From Actinomycetota bacterium (GTDB taxonomy: Bacteria > Actinomycetota > UBA4738 > HRBIN12): a stretch of 64,000 nt of DNA. Made by a program: the position numbers and the translations under genes. The notes below the pieces were generated by a model. That model was not told where the DNA came from and did not search any database. It saw only the letters and a list, made by a program, of their open reading frames with translations. Below, piece after piece: positions 38,450 to 47,225 of the stretch. The DNA lies in assembly GCA_026003015.1 (NCBI GenBank), contig BPGL01000001.1, positions 423,353 through 487,352 of the forward strand, read 5' to 3'. The stretch's first letter is position 1. Every line of letters begins with the position of its first letter.

Positions 38450-39049
38450 TCAAGCGGCGCGGTAGACGAGCTCGACACGCGCACCTCCGGGCATCGCGAC
38501 GGTGATCGTGAGCTCGTCGCCGTCCACGCGGTACGGGACCGGACGGGTCGTCGTGTCCCAGGCCGCGAGCGGCACCGCGATCCCTTGGATCTCACCGGAC
38601 AGCCTGCCCACGACGTGGTGGAGGACGAACGCGTCGCCCTGGTCGCGGAACTCCCCGGCCTGCTCGCCCTGGACGGAGCCGCTCTTGTCCAGGAACCGGC
38701 AGCGCCCGTTCAGCGTCGCGAGGAAGGCCCCGTCCTCGCCGAACAGGAGGTTCTCGGCGCCCCGGCACGAAAGGCCGGCCGGAACCCCGCCGTACGGTGC
38801 CAGGAGCGCTCGGAGCTTGTCCTGCAGGTCGATCGTCCACACGCCGACCAGGGCCGAGCCGGCCGGCTCCTCGGTCGGCGTCGGGGCCGTCGGCGAGCCC
38901 TCGCCCGGCGGAGCGGTCGCGGTCGCGGTCCCCATCCCCGTCGGTGACGGGGGCCCGGGGTCGTCGCCCTCACCGCCCCCCGCGCCGCCGGTGCACGCGA
39001 CGAGCGCGAGCATCGCCGTGACGAGTCCACCAGTGAGAGTCCGCCGCAT
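38450..39049 (-). CDS. lipoprotein, unknown function
   Basis: The ATG at 39049 is preceded by GGAGG. The lipobox is AMLALVAC, followed by a Gly/Pro/Thr linker and a beta-rich domain. Confidence 0.6.
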   Translation of the reverse strand: MRRTLTGGLVTAMLALVACTGGAGGGEGDDPGPPSPTGMGTATATAPPGEGSPTAPTPTEEPAGSALVGVWTIDLQDKLRALLAPYGGVPAGLSCRGAENLLFGEDGAFLATLNGRCRFLDKSGSVQGEQAGEFRDQGDAFVLHHVVGRLSGEIQGIAVPLAAWDTTTRPVPYRVDGDELTITVAMPGGARVELVYRAA

Positions 39050-39161
39050 CGACCTCCACCTCCGAGGCGTCGTCCCAGGTGCCGTCGCGCGTATCCGCAA
39101 CCGCCGCACCAGCAGCAGGATAGCGGGCTGGCCGTCAGGACCCTGCAAGGTACGGACCGGC

Positions 39162-40319
39162 TCAGCCGCACACGAACCGGAGCCGGGCGCCGAAGAACGG
39201 GTCGGCCACCGCGTCGCGGTAGGCGGCGAGGGCGCCCGGAGAGGAGTCGATCCGCAGGTTCGAGATCTTCCCGCTCCCGTTCCTCCAGCGCTCGTGCCAC
39301 CAGGACACGAGGTCGAAGTCGTACGTGCCGTCCCGGACGGCGGCGAACGCCTCGGCGATCCACGCGCCCTTGTCCCCCGCGTCGGGGTCCTCGGTCACCC
39401 CGACCTCGATCAACCCGAGCGGGCGTGCCTCGGAGATCGCCCGGATCCGCGCGTAGGGGCTGTCCGGGTCATCGGGGTCGCCGAGCTGATCGGTGAAGGA
39501 GGTCCACCGCTCGGGCCTGCCGCTGGGGACCTGTTCGCCGTAGACGCTCACGGTGATCCAGTCGACGTACCGGTCTCCCGGGTAGTACCAGCGCGGCTGG
39601 TTCCACCACCGATCGGGCCATCCGCCGGCGTCCACGTGGAAGGTCCAGGTCAGGTTGTCCGCGTCGACGTCGGGTCGGCGCGCGAGTCGGACGAGGTGCC
39701 GGTAGGCGTCTCGGTAACGCTCCGGCCCGTCCGGGTAGCTCGGATCGCCGTAGCGGTCGCGCACGCCGCCGCCGTTGTAGCGGCCGTTCCAGGGGAACCA
39801 GTCGCCGTTCACCTCGACGCCGACGTCGATCATCATGGGGATCTCGGTCGCGGCCGCGGCCCGGAACCACCGTAGGAGCGCGGCGTCGAAGCGGCCGTTG
39901 ATGATCCGCTGCATGGAGATGATCGGGTCGCGCCGGCCCTGCACCATCCGGGTCCATGGCGTGAAGCGGACCACGGGCACCGCGCCGTGACGCCAGATCG
40001 TGCGGACCTTCCGGGTCGGGAAGCCGATGGTGAGCTTGCCGCGGGTTCCCCACGGGTCGGAGAACACCACGCCGGCAACGGGTCGGCCGGCCAGGGTCTC
40101 GAACTCGTCGATCGAGTCCCGGGTGACGGTGCGCTCGTTCGGCGTCGGCGAGAAGTACCCGAAGTGGTACGCGCCAGACGCGGGCGGCGCGATCCGCACC
40201 CCCTCGTTCGACGCGCACGGCGACGGGGGAACGCCCCACGCGGCCCCCGCCGAAGCCAACGTCGCCACGGTGCACGCGAACAGGACCGTCGCGCGGATCC
40301 TGCCCACCCTCGAACGCAT
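39162..40319 (-). CDS. secreted glycoside hydrolase, GH26-like
   Basis: Has a signal peptide, then EVNGDWFPWNG (acid/base Glu context) and GLIEVGV (nucleophile context). The family assignment is from memory of GH26 motifs only. Confidence 0.5.
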   Translation of the reverse strand: MRSRVGRIRATVLFACTVATLASAGAAWGVPPSPCASNEGVRIAPPASGAYHFGYFSPTPNERTVTRDSIDEFETLAGRPVAGVVFSDPWGTRGKLTIGFPTRKVRTIWRHGAVPVVRFTPWTRMVQGRRDPIISMQRIINGRFDAALLRWFRAAAATEIPMMIDVGVEVNGDWFPWNGRYNGGGVRDRYGDPSYPDGPERYRDAYRHLVRLARRPDVDADNLTWTFHVDAGGWPDRWWNQPRWYYPGDRYVDWITVSVYGEQVPSGRPERWTSFTDQLGDPDDPDSPYARIRAISEARPLGLIEVGVTEDPDAGDKGAWIAEAFAAVRDGTYDFDLVSWWHERWRNGSGKISNLRIDSSPGALAAYRDAVADPFFGARLRFVCG

Positions 40320-40430
40320 CTCACCCTCGGTATCGGCGTCCGCCGTCGATCGCTCAAGGGTCGAGGACGGTTCCGTGCGGCGTTCCAGGTCGACGCCCTC
40401 ACGCCGGACGACCTGTGCGCCGCGCCCGAG

Positions 40431-40889
40431 CTACGGAGCCTCCTCGGCCGTCACCTCTGCGGGGCTCGCCCACCGACGCCAGGACCCGTCGGCCGCGTGC
40501 ACGACGATGTCGTGAAGGGTCGTGGCCTCCATCCGCCGCTCCAGGGCGGGGCGCACCTCCCGCCACTGCCAGTGGAGGATGCACGGGGCTTGCTCCGAGC
40601 AGTCCGTGCGCCAGAAGATGCACTCATCGCTGAAGGGCCGTCGACCTTCGACCGCCGCGACGATCTCCGGCAGCGAGATGCGCTCCGGTGGACGCGCCAG
40701 GCGGTAGCCGCCACCACGCACCGAGATCAGCACGCCGGCGCGGGCGAGCGCCTGGAGCGCCTTGGCGAGGAACGGACCGGGAACGCCCGCGGCCGCCGCC
40801 AACCCACGGGCCTCGACGAGCCGCCCGGGTCGCCGGGCGAGCTCGACGAGCGCCTCGATCGCGTACCGGGTCTCCCGCGACAGGCGCAC
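40431..40889 (-). CDS. Rrf2 family transcriptional regulator with three-Cys cluster
   Basis: Begins MRLSRETRYAIEALVELAR with a wHTH, and has Cys residues in DECIFWRTDCSEQAPC. It starts 10 nt downstream of nosY on the same strand. Confidence 0.8.
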   Translation of the reverse strand: MRLSRETRYAIEALVELARRPGRLVEARGLAAAAGVPGPFLAKALQALARAGVLISVRGGGYRLARPPERISLPEIVAAVEGRRPFSDECIFWRTDCSEQAPCILHWQWREVRPALERRMEATTLHDIVVHAADGSWRRWASPAEVTAEEAP

Positions 40890-40899
40890 CGCTTCGGCC

Positions 40900-41727
40900 T
40901 CACAGATCGCGTCGAGACAGTGCCAACGTGGCGACGCCGAGCGGGACGACCGCCCACGCGATCAGGTCGGCGGCGAGCAGTCCAACGGCCCCGACCGTCC
41001 CGAAACGGGCGAGGAGGTAGGCCCCGAAGGGACCGAGCGCCGTGCCCTCCAGCTCCATCCCGAGCAGCGCCAAGATCCGGCCGGCCTCGAGGGGGTTCAG
41101 GAGCACGACGACGAGCAGGCCCCCAGGTCCGAGGTGAACGGTGGGCGCGATCGCGGCGATCGCGAGGTCGAACCCGAGCGCGAGTGCGATCCACAGCGCG
41201 GTCGCCAGGGCCACGGCCTGGAGTCGCCGGCGGGACCACGCGGCGAGCGCGGCACCCACGGCCACCCCGGCGGCGGCCACCGCGAAGGTGCTCCCCACGA
41301 GCACCGCGATCGGGAGGACGTCCTGCCCACGCGCGACCGGCGAGAGCAGCAGCAGCGCCAGGCCGTAGCCGATGCCCAGCGTCGCCCACAGGGAGCCCGC
41401 CAGGCCCAGGAACACCCCGAGCACCACCCGTCCGGGCCGGACCGGCTGCGCGAGCAGCAGCGTGAGCATCCCGTGATCCCGCTCCCCGGCGAGGCTCCCG
41501 GCTGCCAGGAGCAGACCCATCAACGATGGGAGCAGCACGCCCAGGTTCACGAGGGCGGCCCCCGAGGGGCCGATCCCGGTCGACCCCAGGCTCCGCACGC
41601 TGCCGAGGGCGAGGAGGGTCACACCGCCGGCGAGGAGCGCGAACGCCGCCCCCATCGCGAGGATCCACCGAGCGCGCGCGCCGAGCCGGAACTCCCAGCC
41701 CGCGATGGCCCTGACCGCTCCGCTCAC
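40900..41727 (-). CDS. nosY: ABC-2 type permease NosY
   Basis: The GTG start overlaps the nosF stop (GTGA). It has six hydrophobic segments and follows nosD-nosF. Confidence 0.7.
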   Translation of the reverse strand: MSGAVRAIAGWEFRLGARARWILAMGAAFALLAGGVTLLALGSVRSLGSTGIGPSGAALVNLGVLLPSLMGLLLAAGSLAGERDHGMLTLLLAQPVRPGRVVLGVFLGLAGSLWATLGIGYGLALLLLSPVARGQDVLPIAVLVGSTFAVAAAGVAVGAALAAWSRRRLQAVALATALWIALALGFDLAIAAIAPTVHLGPGGLLVVVLLNPLEAGRILALLGMELEGTALGPFGAYLLARFGTVGAVGLLAADLIAWAVVPLGVATLALSRRDL

Positions 41728-42398
41728 CGACCCACCTCCAAGGCGTCGAGGTGCGAGCATCGTAGCCCCTGCACCCGGACGATCCGCCCCTCCTCCATCC
41801 GGACGAGCACGTCGGCCACCGCCTCGAGCTCGGTCGGCGACGGGCTCGTGACGATCGCCGTGGCGCCCCGGTTGCATCGGTCGCGCAGCACCGCCCGGAC
41901 CGTGGCGCGGCCCGCCTCGTCGAGGCTCGCCAAGGGTTCGTCCAACAGCAGCAGGGGCGGGTCGCCGAGCAGCGCCGCCGCGAGGCCCACCCGGTGGCGC
42001 TGCCCCTCGGACAGCGACCCGATCGGCTCGGACGTGCCGGGCAGGAACCCCCCGGGCAGATCCGACGGCTTCGCCCCGCGGAGCCGCGCGAGAAGGTCGA
42101 GCGTCTCCCCCACGGTGGCCTCCGTCGGGAACGCGAGGACCTGGGGCAGGTACCCGACGAGGGCTCGGGAGGTGGGCGAGCGGTCGAGCGGTCGTCCCCC
42201 GAGGATCACCTCGCCCCGATAGGTCGCCAATCCCGCCAGGCAGCGCAGGAGCGTGCTCTTCCCGCTCCCGTTCGGACCCCCGAGCGCGACGATCGCACCG
42301 CGCGGGAGGGCCAGGTCCACCTCGTGGAGGCCGCGCCCCGAGCGGTACACCTTCGAGAGGCGCCGCACCTCGAGGAACGCCTCAGGCACGCCGGGCAC
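41724..42398 (-). CDS. nosF: ABC transporter ATP-binding protein NosF
   Basis: Walker A is GPNGSGKST, the signature is LSEGQRHR and Walker B is LLLLDEP. Confidence 0.8.
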   Translation of the reverse strand: MPGVPEAFLEVRRLSKVYRSGRGLHEVDLALPRGAIVALGGPNGSGKSTLLRCLAGLATYRGEVILGGRPLDRSPTSRALVGYLPQVLAFPTEATVGETLDLLARLRGAKPSDLPGGFLPGTSEPIGSLSEGQRHRVGLAAALLGDPPLLLLDEPLASLDEAGRATVRAVLRDRCNRGATAIVTSPSPTELEAVADVLVRMEEGRIVRVQGLRCSHLDALEVGR

Positions 42399-43872
42399 CC
42401 CCCCTCCCCCGGCGTGCGAGGGCGAGGCCCGCGCCGCCCACCCCGGCCATCAACAGGCCGGCCCAGACGAGCGTCCCCGAGCCGGCTTCCCGGGGAGTGA
42501 ACCGCGGGACGTCGGGGCGGACGGCGTGCAGGAGGGGCGCGGGGTCGAGGACGAGCGGCTCGCTGGGGACCCATCGCTCCTCCACGGCCTCGACGAGACG
42601 AAGCGCGGGTCCGGAGGCGAGCGCGAGCAGGACCGGCGACCTGGCCACGAGCCCGGCCAGGCGCCCGCTCTGGGCGTAGGGAACGTCCCCGATCCCGTCG
42701 CCGTCGGCGTCGAAGCCCTGGTAGTCGCTCCAGTGGTTCCCGATCCCGTCGACCGACCAGGACGCCCCCGCCACACCCGAGCCCCCGAGGACGACCTGCG
42801 CGGCGTTCTCGACGAAGGCGTTGCCGGTGAAGGTCGGTCGGGCCGACGGGTAGAGGACCACGCCCACGTGGTTGGCCGCGATGAGGTTCCGCTCGAAGCG
42901 CGCGGGCGCGCCCCCCGTGCGCCCGGCGTCGTCGACGTGCACGGCCACCCGATCGTCCAGGATCACGTTGCCCCGCACGAGGACGTCCCCGGCGTCCTTC
43001 ACGAGGACCCCGAACCCGGTCGAGGGGCTTCCGCTGTCCACGACCGCGTTGCCGAGGACGCGCACGGGTCCGCCGTACATCAGGACGCAGCCGGACAGGT
43101 TGCCCCGCAGGACGTTCCCCGTGATGGCGAGGTCGCGCGCGTACATGTCGTGGATCGCGTAGCGCGCGTCGGAGATGACGTTGTCCTCGAGGACGATCCG
43201 CTCGCCGTAGGACAGGTAGATCCCGTCGCGCGTGGCCTCGATCCTGCTGGTCCGCACGACCGCATCCTGGGTGTTCCACAGCCAGATCCCGTCCCCGCGC
43301 GGCAGGCCCGCACCCGTCGCGGCAGCGTGTGCCCCGTGGTCCTCGTGGTCGCCCTCGCCGTTCGCGACCGCGTGTTCCTCCCCCACGATCGTGGCCTGAG
43401 CCCGTCCGCGGATGCGGACGTCTTCGATGAGGACCCCCCGGGTCTCGCGCACGGTGATTCCGAGGTACGTCTGCTCGATCACGAGCCCCTCGAGCCGCAC
43501 GTTCCGAGCCGCCTCGACCAGGACCCCGGAGGGCTCGCCGATCGGGCCGGTGCCGCTGCCTTGGATCCGGAACCCGCGCAGCGTCACCCCGGAGGCGACG
43601 ACCTCGACCACCGACCCCTCCCCGTCGCCGTCGAGCACGGCCCCCGGCTCGGCCTCGAGCGTCACCGGTCGATCGATCACGACCGCTCCGACGTAGCGGG
43701 CCACGGGAACCCTGACGGTGGATCCGGGGGCCGCGGCCTCGATCATGGCTTGGATGTCGGAGGCCGGCCGTTCGGCGAGCTCGAACCCCTGGGTGGGGGC
43801 GCCGGGGGAGCCGCTGCACGCGGTCAGGAGCGCGACGAGCCCGATCGAGGCGGCCACCCTCGTGGCTCTCAT
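42382..43872 (-). CDS. nosD: NosD, periplasmic parallel beta-helix copper-maturation protein (lipobox N-terminus, C-terminal TM)
   Basis: The start MRATRVAASIGLVALLTAC is followed by repeated beta-helix turns (NV.L.GL.I, GI.L, N.I..N). It sits upstream of nosFY. The ATG overlaps the upstream gene's stop. Confidence 0.8.
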   Translation of the reverse strand: MRATRVAASIGLVALLTACSGSPGAPTQGFELAERPASDIQAMIEAAAPGSTVRVPVARYVGAVVIDRPVTLEAEPGAVLDGDGEGSVVEVVASGVTLRGFRIQGSGTGPIGEPSGVLVEAARNVRLEGLVIEQTYLGITVRETRGVLIEDVRIRGRAQATIVGEEHAVANGEGDHEDHGAHAAATGAGLPRGDGIWLWNTQDAVVRTSRIEATRDGIYLSYGERIVLEDNVISDARYAIHDMYARDLAITGNVLRGNLSGCVLMYGGPVRVLGNAVVDSGSPSTGFGVLVKDAGDVLVRGNVILDDRVAVHVDDAGRTGGAPARFERNLIAANHVGVVLYPSARPTFTGNAFVENAAQVVLGGSGVAGASWSVDGIGNHWSDYQGFDADGDGIGDVPYAQSGRLAGLVARSPVLLALASGPALRLVEAVEERWVPSEPLVLDPAPLLHAVRPDVPRFTPREAGSGTLVWAGLLMAGVGGAGLALARRGRGGARRA

Positions 43873-44525
43873 CCCGGTGGATCCCCCGCGGCGCCGACCC
43901 ACCGCCGGGCGCGCAGGACGAGGCCGGGACCGACCGCGACGAGCAGCGCGGCGGCCACGAGCAGCCTGAGCGCCGCGCCCGGGTAGGCCCACGTGGTGAA
44001 GTTCAAGACCTTCGTGGGGCCGACGGCGAACGGGATGAACGGCTCGAGCCTGATGGGAGCCTCGGGATCCACGGAGTGACCGTACTGGTAGAGGCGGAAC
44101 TGGATGTCGGCGAGCGCCACGACGGGCACGAGCCAAAGCCCCAGCCGCGCCAACCGAGCGAGCACGTGTCGCCCGAGCGCCGAGCCTACGATCACCCCGA
44201 CGAGGGCCGCGGCGATCGCCAGCGGCCACAGGCGCGTCTCCGGGACGTCGGACGGATCGAACGCCTCCATGCCGACGTAGTGGTTGAGCTGGTTGATCTC
44301 CCGCAGGTCCCCCTCCACCCGGTCTCCGTAGGCCGTGATGCGCAGCCCGTCGGGGTACTGGGGGGCCGACAGCCGTGCCTCCCAGATGGGCATCCGGTAC
44401 GCGAGGAGGACGAGGAGGGCCGCCGCAAGGCCGATCCCGATCCGGGCGGCGCGCTCGCCGGCGCGACCGTGCAGGGGGGCCTGCGACGTGGTGGGATCCG
44501 TGTCGGTGTCGGCCGCGACGGCCAT
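43869..44525 (-). CDS. four-TM membrane protein between cupredoxin and nosD (possible NosB-like)
   Basis: Has four hydrophobic segments and the motifs SAPQYPDGL and INQLNHYVGM. The name is based only on position in a nos cluster that lacks nosR. Confidence 0.5.
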   Translation of the reverse strand: MAVAADTDTDPTTSQAPLHGRAGERAARIGIGLAAALLVLLAYRMPIWEARLSAPQYPDGLRITAYGDRVEGDLREINQLNHYVGMEAFDPSDVPETRLWPLAIAAALVGVIVGSALGRHVLARLARLGLWLVPVVALADIQFRLYQYGHSVDPEAPIRLEPFIPFAVGPTKVLNFTTWAYPGAALRLLVAAALLVAVGPGLVLRARRWVGAAGDPPG

Positions 44526-44546
44526 CCTGTCCTCCCCGCCTTGCGC

Positions 44547-45002
44547 CTAGCCCACCGTGAGCGTCCCGACCATGGTCGTCGGGTGGGCCAGGCAGTTGTA
44601 CGTGTACGTCCCGGCGGGCAGCGGGGGAATCTCGTAGTGCGCCTCTGCCGGGCCCGTGATCAGCTCGTCGCCCTCCGGCGCCCAGATGGGCTCCCCGCTC
44701 GTGTCCTCGCCCTCGAAGATCTGGACGTTGTGGGGGATCCCAGGGTCGTCGTTCACGAAGTGGATCGTGAACGGGGTGTCGGCGGGCGCGCTCACGGACG
44801 TCTCCGCGAACCCCGTGTTGGCGGAGCCCTGGGGTGCGGTGATCGTCACGACCGTCGCAGCGCCCGTCGCCGTGCCGTCCTCGGTGCCGTTGCCGCCGTT
44901 GCCGTTGGCCCCGGCGGCGTCTCCCCCGCCCCCGCAGGCGGTGAGCGCAAGGGCGCCCCCGACGGCGATCGCGATCGTGAACGTTCTGACCCTGGTCGTC
45001 AT
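44547..45002 (-). CDS. type-1 copper (cupredoxin) lipoprotein
   Basis: The ATG at 45002 is preceded by GGAGG. The lipobox is ALALTAC. Copper ligands are in PHNV ... YNCLAHPTTM (His, Cys, His, Met). Confidence 0.8.
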   Translation of the reverse strand: MTTRVRTFTIAIAVGGALALTACGGGGDAAGANGNGGNGTEDGTATGAATVVTITAPQGSANTGFAETSVSAPADTPFTIHFVNDDPGIPHNVQIFEGEDTSGEPIWAPEGDELITGPAEAHYEIPPLPAGTYTYNCLAHPTTMVGTLTVG

Positions 45003-45037
45003 GCCTTCCTCCCTCATCGTCGGCTGCCCCCGTCGAT

Positions 45038-47068
45038 CTACGCCGGGGCGACCAGCAGCCATCCCTGCATCTCCAGGTGCAACGCGGAGCAGAACTCCGT
45101 GCAGTACATCGCGAAGCTCCCCGGACGGGAGAGCTCGAGCTCGATCGCGACGGCCTCCCCGGGGTCGATGCTCGCCTCCACGTCGTAGGCAGGGATCGCG
45201 AACCCGTGCGTCGCGTCGGGGGTCTGCTCGATGTTCGTGATGTGGAGCCGGAGCAGGTCGCCCTGGCGCGTCTCGATCACGTCGGGCGTGAAGTGGGATC
45301 GCATCGCGGTCATGTAGACGTCGACCTCGCGGCCCCGACGCTCGACCCGCTCCTCGCCGGCGGCGACCGCGTGCGGCGACCGCCGCATCGTCACGGGATC
45401 CGTCCCCGGCTCGTAGACACGCAGGGTCCGATCGAGACGGTCGAGCGCGACCATCTGCACGTAGTGAGGTTCCCCGATCCCGATCGGCATGTCGGCGAGG
45501 ACGCGCAGCGGCTCGGCGTCCAGGTCGATCAGCTGGAAGTTCTGCGGGTGGAGCGTGCCCACCGGAGCGAACCGGTCGATCGACCACTTGTTGAGCGCCA
45601 CCATGTAGCGCCCGTGCGGCGCGACCGTGTCCCCGTGGGCCGTCACGAGGTGGCCGATGTTGTAGTGGACGGGGATCTTCTCCACGAGACGGAACGCCTG
45701 ATCCTCGGAGATCCCCGCCTTGGGTCCCAGGGTCCACTCCGCGATCGCGCTGTCCACGAACAGCGAGGTGTACGCGTGGCCCTCGTCGTCGAACTGCGTG
45801 TGGAGCGGCCCTGCCCCCAGCTCGACCTGGGCCTCGAGCACCGAGTCCAGACGGAGGATCGGAACCCCGAAGGGGTCGGTCCCGTCGTAGTCCTGCGCGT
45901 CGATGGCGGCCTTGATCTTGTCGATGGAGTACACCGACGCGTTGGGGTCGAGCTTCCCCCCGACACAGATGTAGTCGCCCGTCGGGTTCACGTCGACCCC
46001 GTGGGGGTTCCTCGGCTCGGGCGCGAAGTGGAGGACGCCCTCATCCGCCGCGACCTCCAGGGGGATCACCTTCATCCCGTGGAGGACCTTCACCCCGCCC
46101 GCGGCCACCGTCTCCTCAGCCTTCTTCCAGTCGATGATGTGGAGGAGGTCGTAGTCGTTCTTCGTCGCCGTGGACTCGAGCGATGCGGCCGGGTCCCCGT
46201 GCCCCTCGTGGAAGTTGCCCCCCGTCGCCATCTCGGTGTTGTAGGAGTTGATGAACCCGAACCCGTAGCTCGCGAGCTTGCCCGCGTCGGCCAGATCCTG
46301 CGTGTACGGCGGGAGCTCGATCTGGAAGCTCTTGTCGAGCACGAACCGGCCGGTGTCGGGATCGATCGCGAGCCAGGTCGAGAACCCGCGGAAATCCTCC
46401 TTGTACCGACTGAGCGGCGCGTAGCCCGACTCGGTGATCGGGCACGGGGTCATCGACGAGATGTGGACGTACTCGGTGTTCGGCGTGACGAAGCAGCCTC
46501 CATGCGATGTTTGCAGGTTCGGGATGTCGAGGATCTGCTTCGTCTTGAAGTCCCGGAGGTCGATCATGGCGATCCGGCCGTTGGCGCGGTCGTTGATGTA
46601 CAGGAACCGGCCGTCGTAGTCGCCCTCGGTCTCGGACAGGGCCGGGTGGTGCGTGTCGCCCCACCGCAGGGGCAGGCTCTTCGCGGGGTCGGACCCCTCG
46701 GCCAGCACCCGGTTGCCCTGATCGGTGCCGAAGCCGTAGCCCTGCCAGGGCTCCGGCGTGAACACGCCGATGACCTTCAGCAGGCGCATCGACGGGACTC
46801 CGATCACGAGCACCTGCCCGGAGTGCCCGCCGGAGGCGAAGATGAGGTACTCGTCCAGATCCCCGCCCGGGACGTAGCTCCGAAGCGCTGCCTCGGCCTC
46901 CTCGGGCGTGAGTCCTCGCGCCGCCGCGACGCTTCCGAGGTCACCGCCCCCCGCGGCGCCGAACCCGAGGCGAGCGCCGGCGGCGCCGAGGGCGACCCCC
47001 GCGGCTGCCCCCGCGGCTGCCCCCAGCGCGGTCCTCCGGGTGATCGTGGGCCCTCCCTTCGCGGACAT
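45038..47068 (-). CDS. nosZ: nitrous-oxide reductase NosZ with twin-arginine signal
   Basis: The ATG at 47068 is preceded by GGGAGGAG. Shows the Tat motif TRRTALGAAAG, the CuZ histidine contexts GDTHHP, PHGVDV and GPLHTQFD, and the CuA site CTEFCSALHLEMQG. Confidence 0.9.
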   Translation of the reverse strand: MSAKGGPTITRRTALGAAAGAAAGVALGAAGARLGFGAAGGGDLGSVAAARGLTPEEAEAALRSYVPGGDLDEYLIFASGGHSGQVLVIGVPSMRLLKVIGVFTPEPWQGYGFGTDQGNRVLAEGSDPAKSLPLRWGDTHHPALSETEGDYDGRFLYINDRANGRIAMIDLRDFKTKQILDIPNLQTSHGGCFVTPNTEYVHISSMTPCPITESGYAPLSRYKEDFRGFSTWLAIDPDTGRFVLDKSFQIELPPYTQDLADAGKLASYGFGFINSYNTEMATGGNFHEGHGDPAASLESTATKNDYDLLHIIDWKKAEETVAAGGVKVLHGMKVIPLEVAADEGVLHFAPEPRNPHGVDVNPTGDYICVGGKLDPNASVYSIDKIKAAIDAQDYDGTDPFGVPILRLDSVLEAQVELGAGPLHTQFDDEGHAYTSLFVDSAIAEWTLGPKAGISEDQAFRLVEKIPVHYNIGHLVTAHGDTVAPHGRYMVALNKWSIDRFAPVGTLHPQNFQLIDLDAEPLRVLADMPIGIGEPHYVQMVALDRLDRTLRVYEPGTDPVTMRRSPHAVAAGEERVERRGREVDVYMTAMRSHFTPDVIETRQGDLLRLHITNIEQTPDATHGFAIPAYDVEASIDPGEAVAIELELSRPGSFAMYCTEFCSALHLEMQGWLLVAPA

Positions 47069-47153
47069 CGCTCCTCCCTTCGGCCGTGGGGACCCGCCCC
47101 GCAACGGACCTAACGAGTCCGAAGCTAGGGCGCCGGCGACCCGCTCGGGAGCG

Positions 47154-47184
47154 CCGAAGGTCCCACGCTGACCGGGACCTTCGG
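47154..47184 (-). terminator. 11-bp-stem hairpin downstream of the LPXTG gene / upstream of nosZ
   Basis: The sequence is ccgaaggtccc-acgctgacc-gggaccttcgg. There is no U-tract, so it could be either an I-shaped terminator or a protein-binding palindrome. Confidence 0.35.
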
Positions 47185-47225
47185 ACCGAGGCGGGCTCGG
47201 TTCGACCGGGGGCTGCCGTCTCGCC

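Noticed and set aside
47069-47225. An FNR/CRP-type box (TTGAT-N4-ATCAA) upstream of nosZ.
   Set aside because: I did not find one by eye. Only the GC-rich 11-bp-arm palindrome at 47154-47184 stands out.
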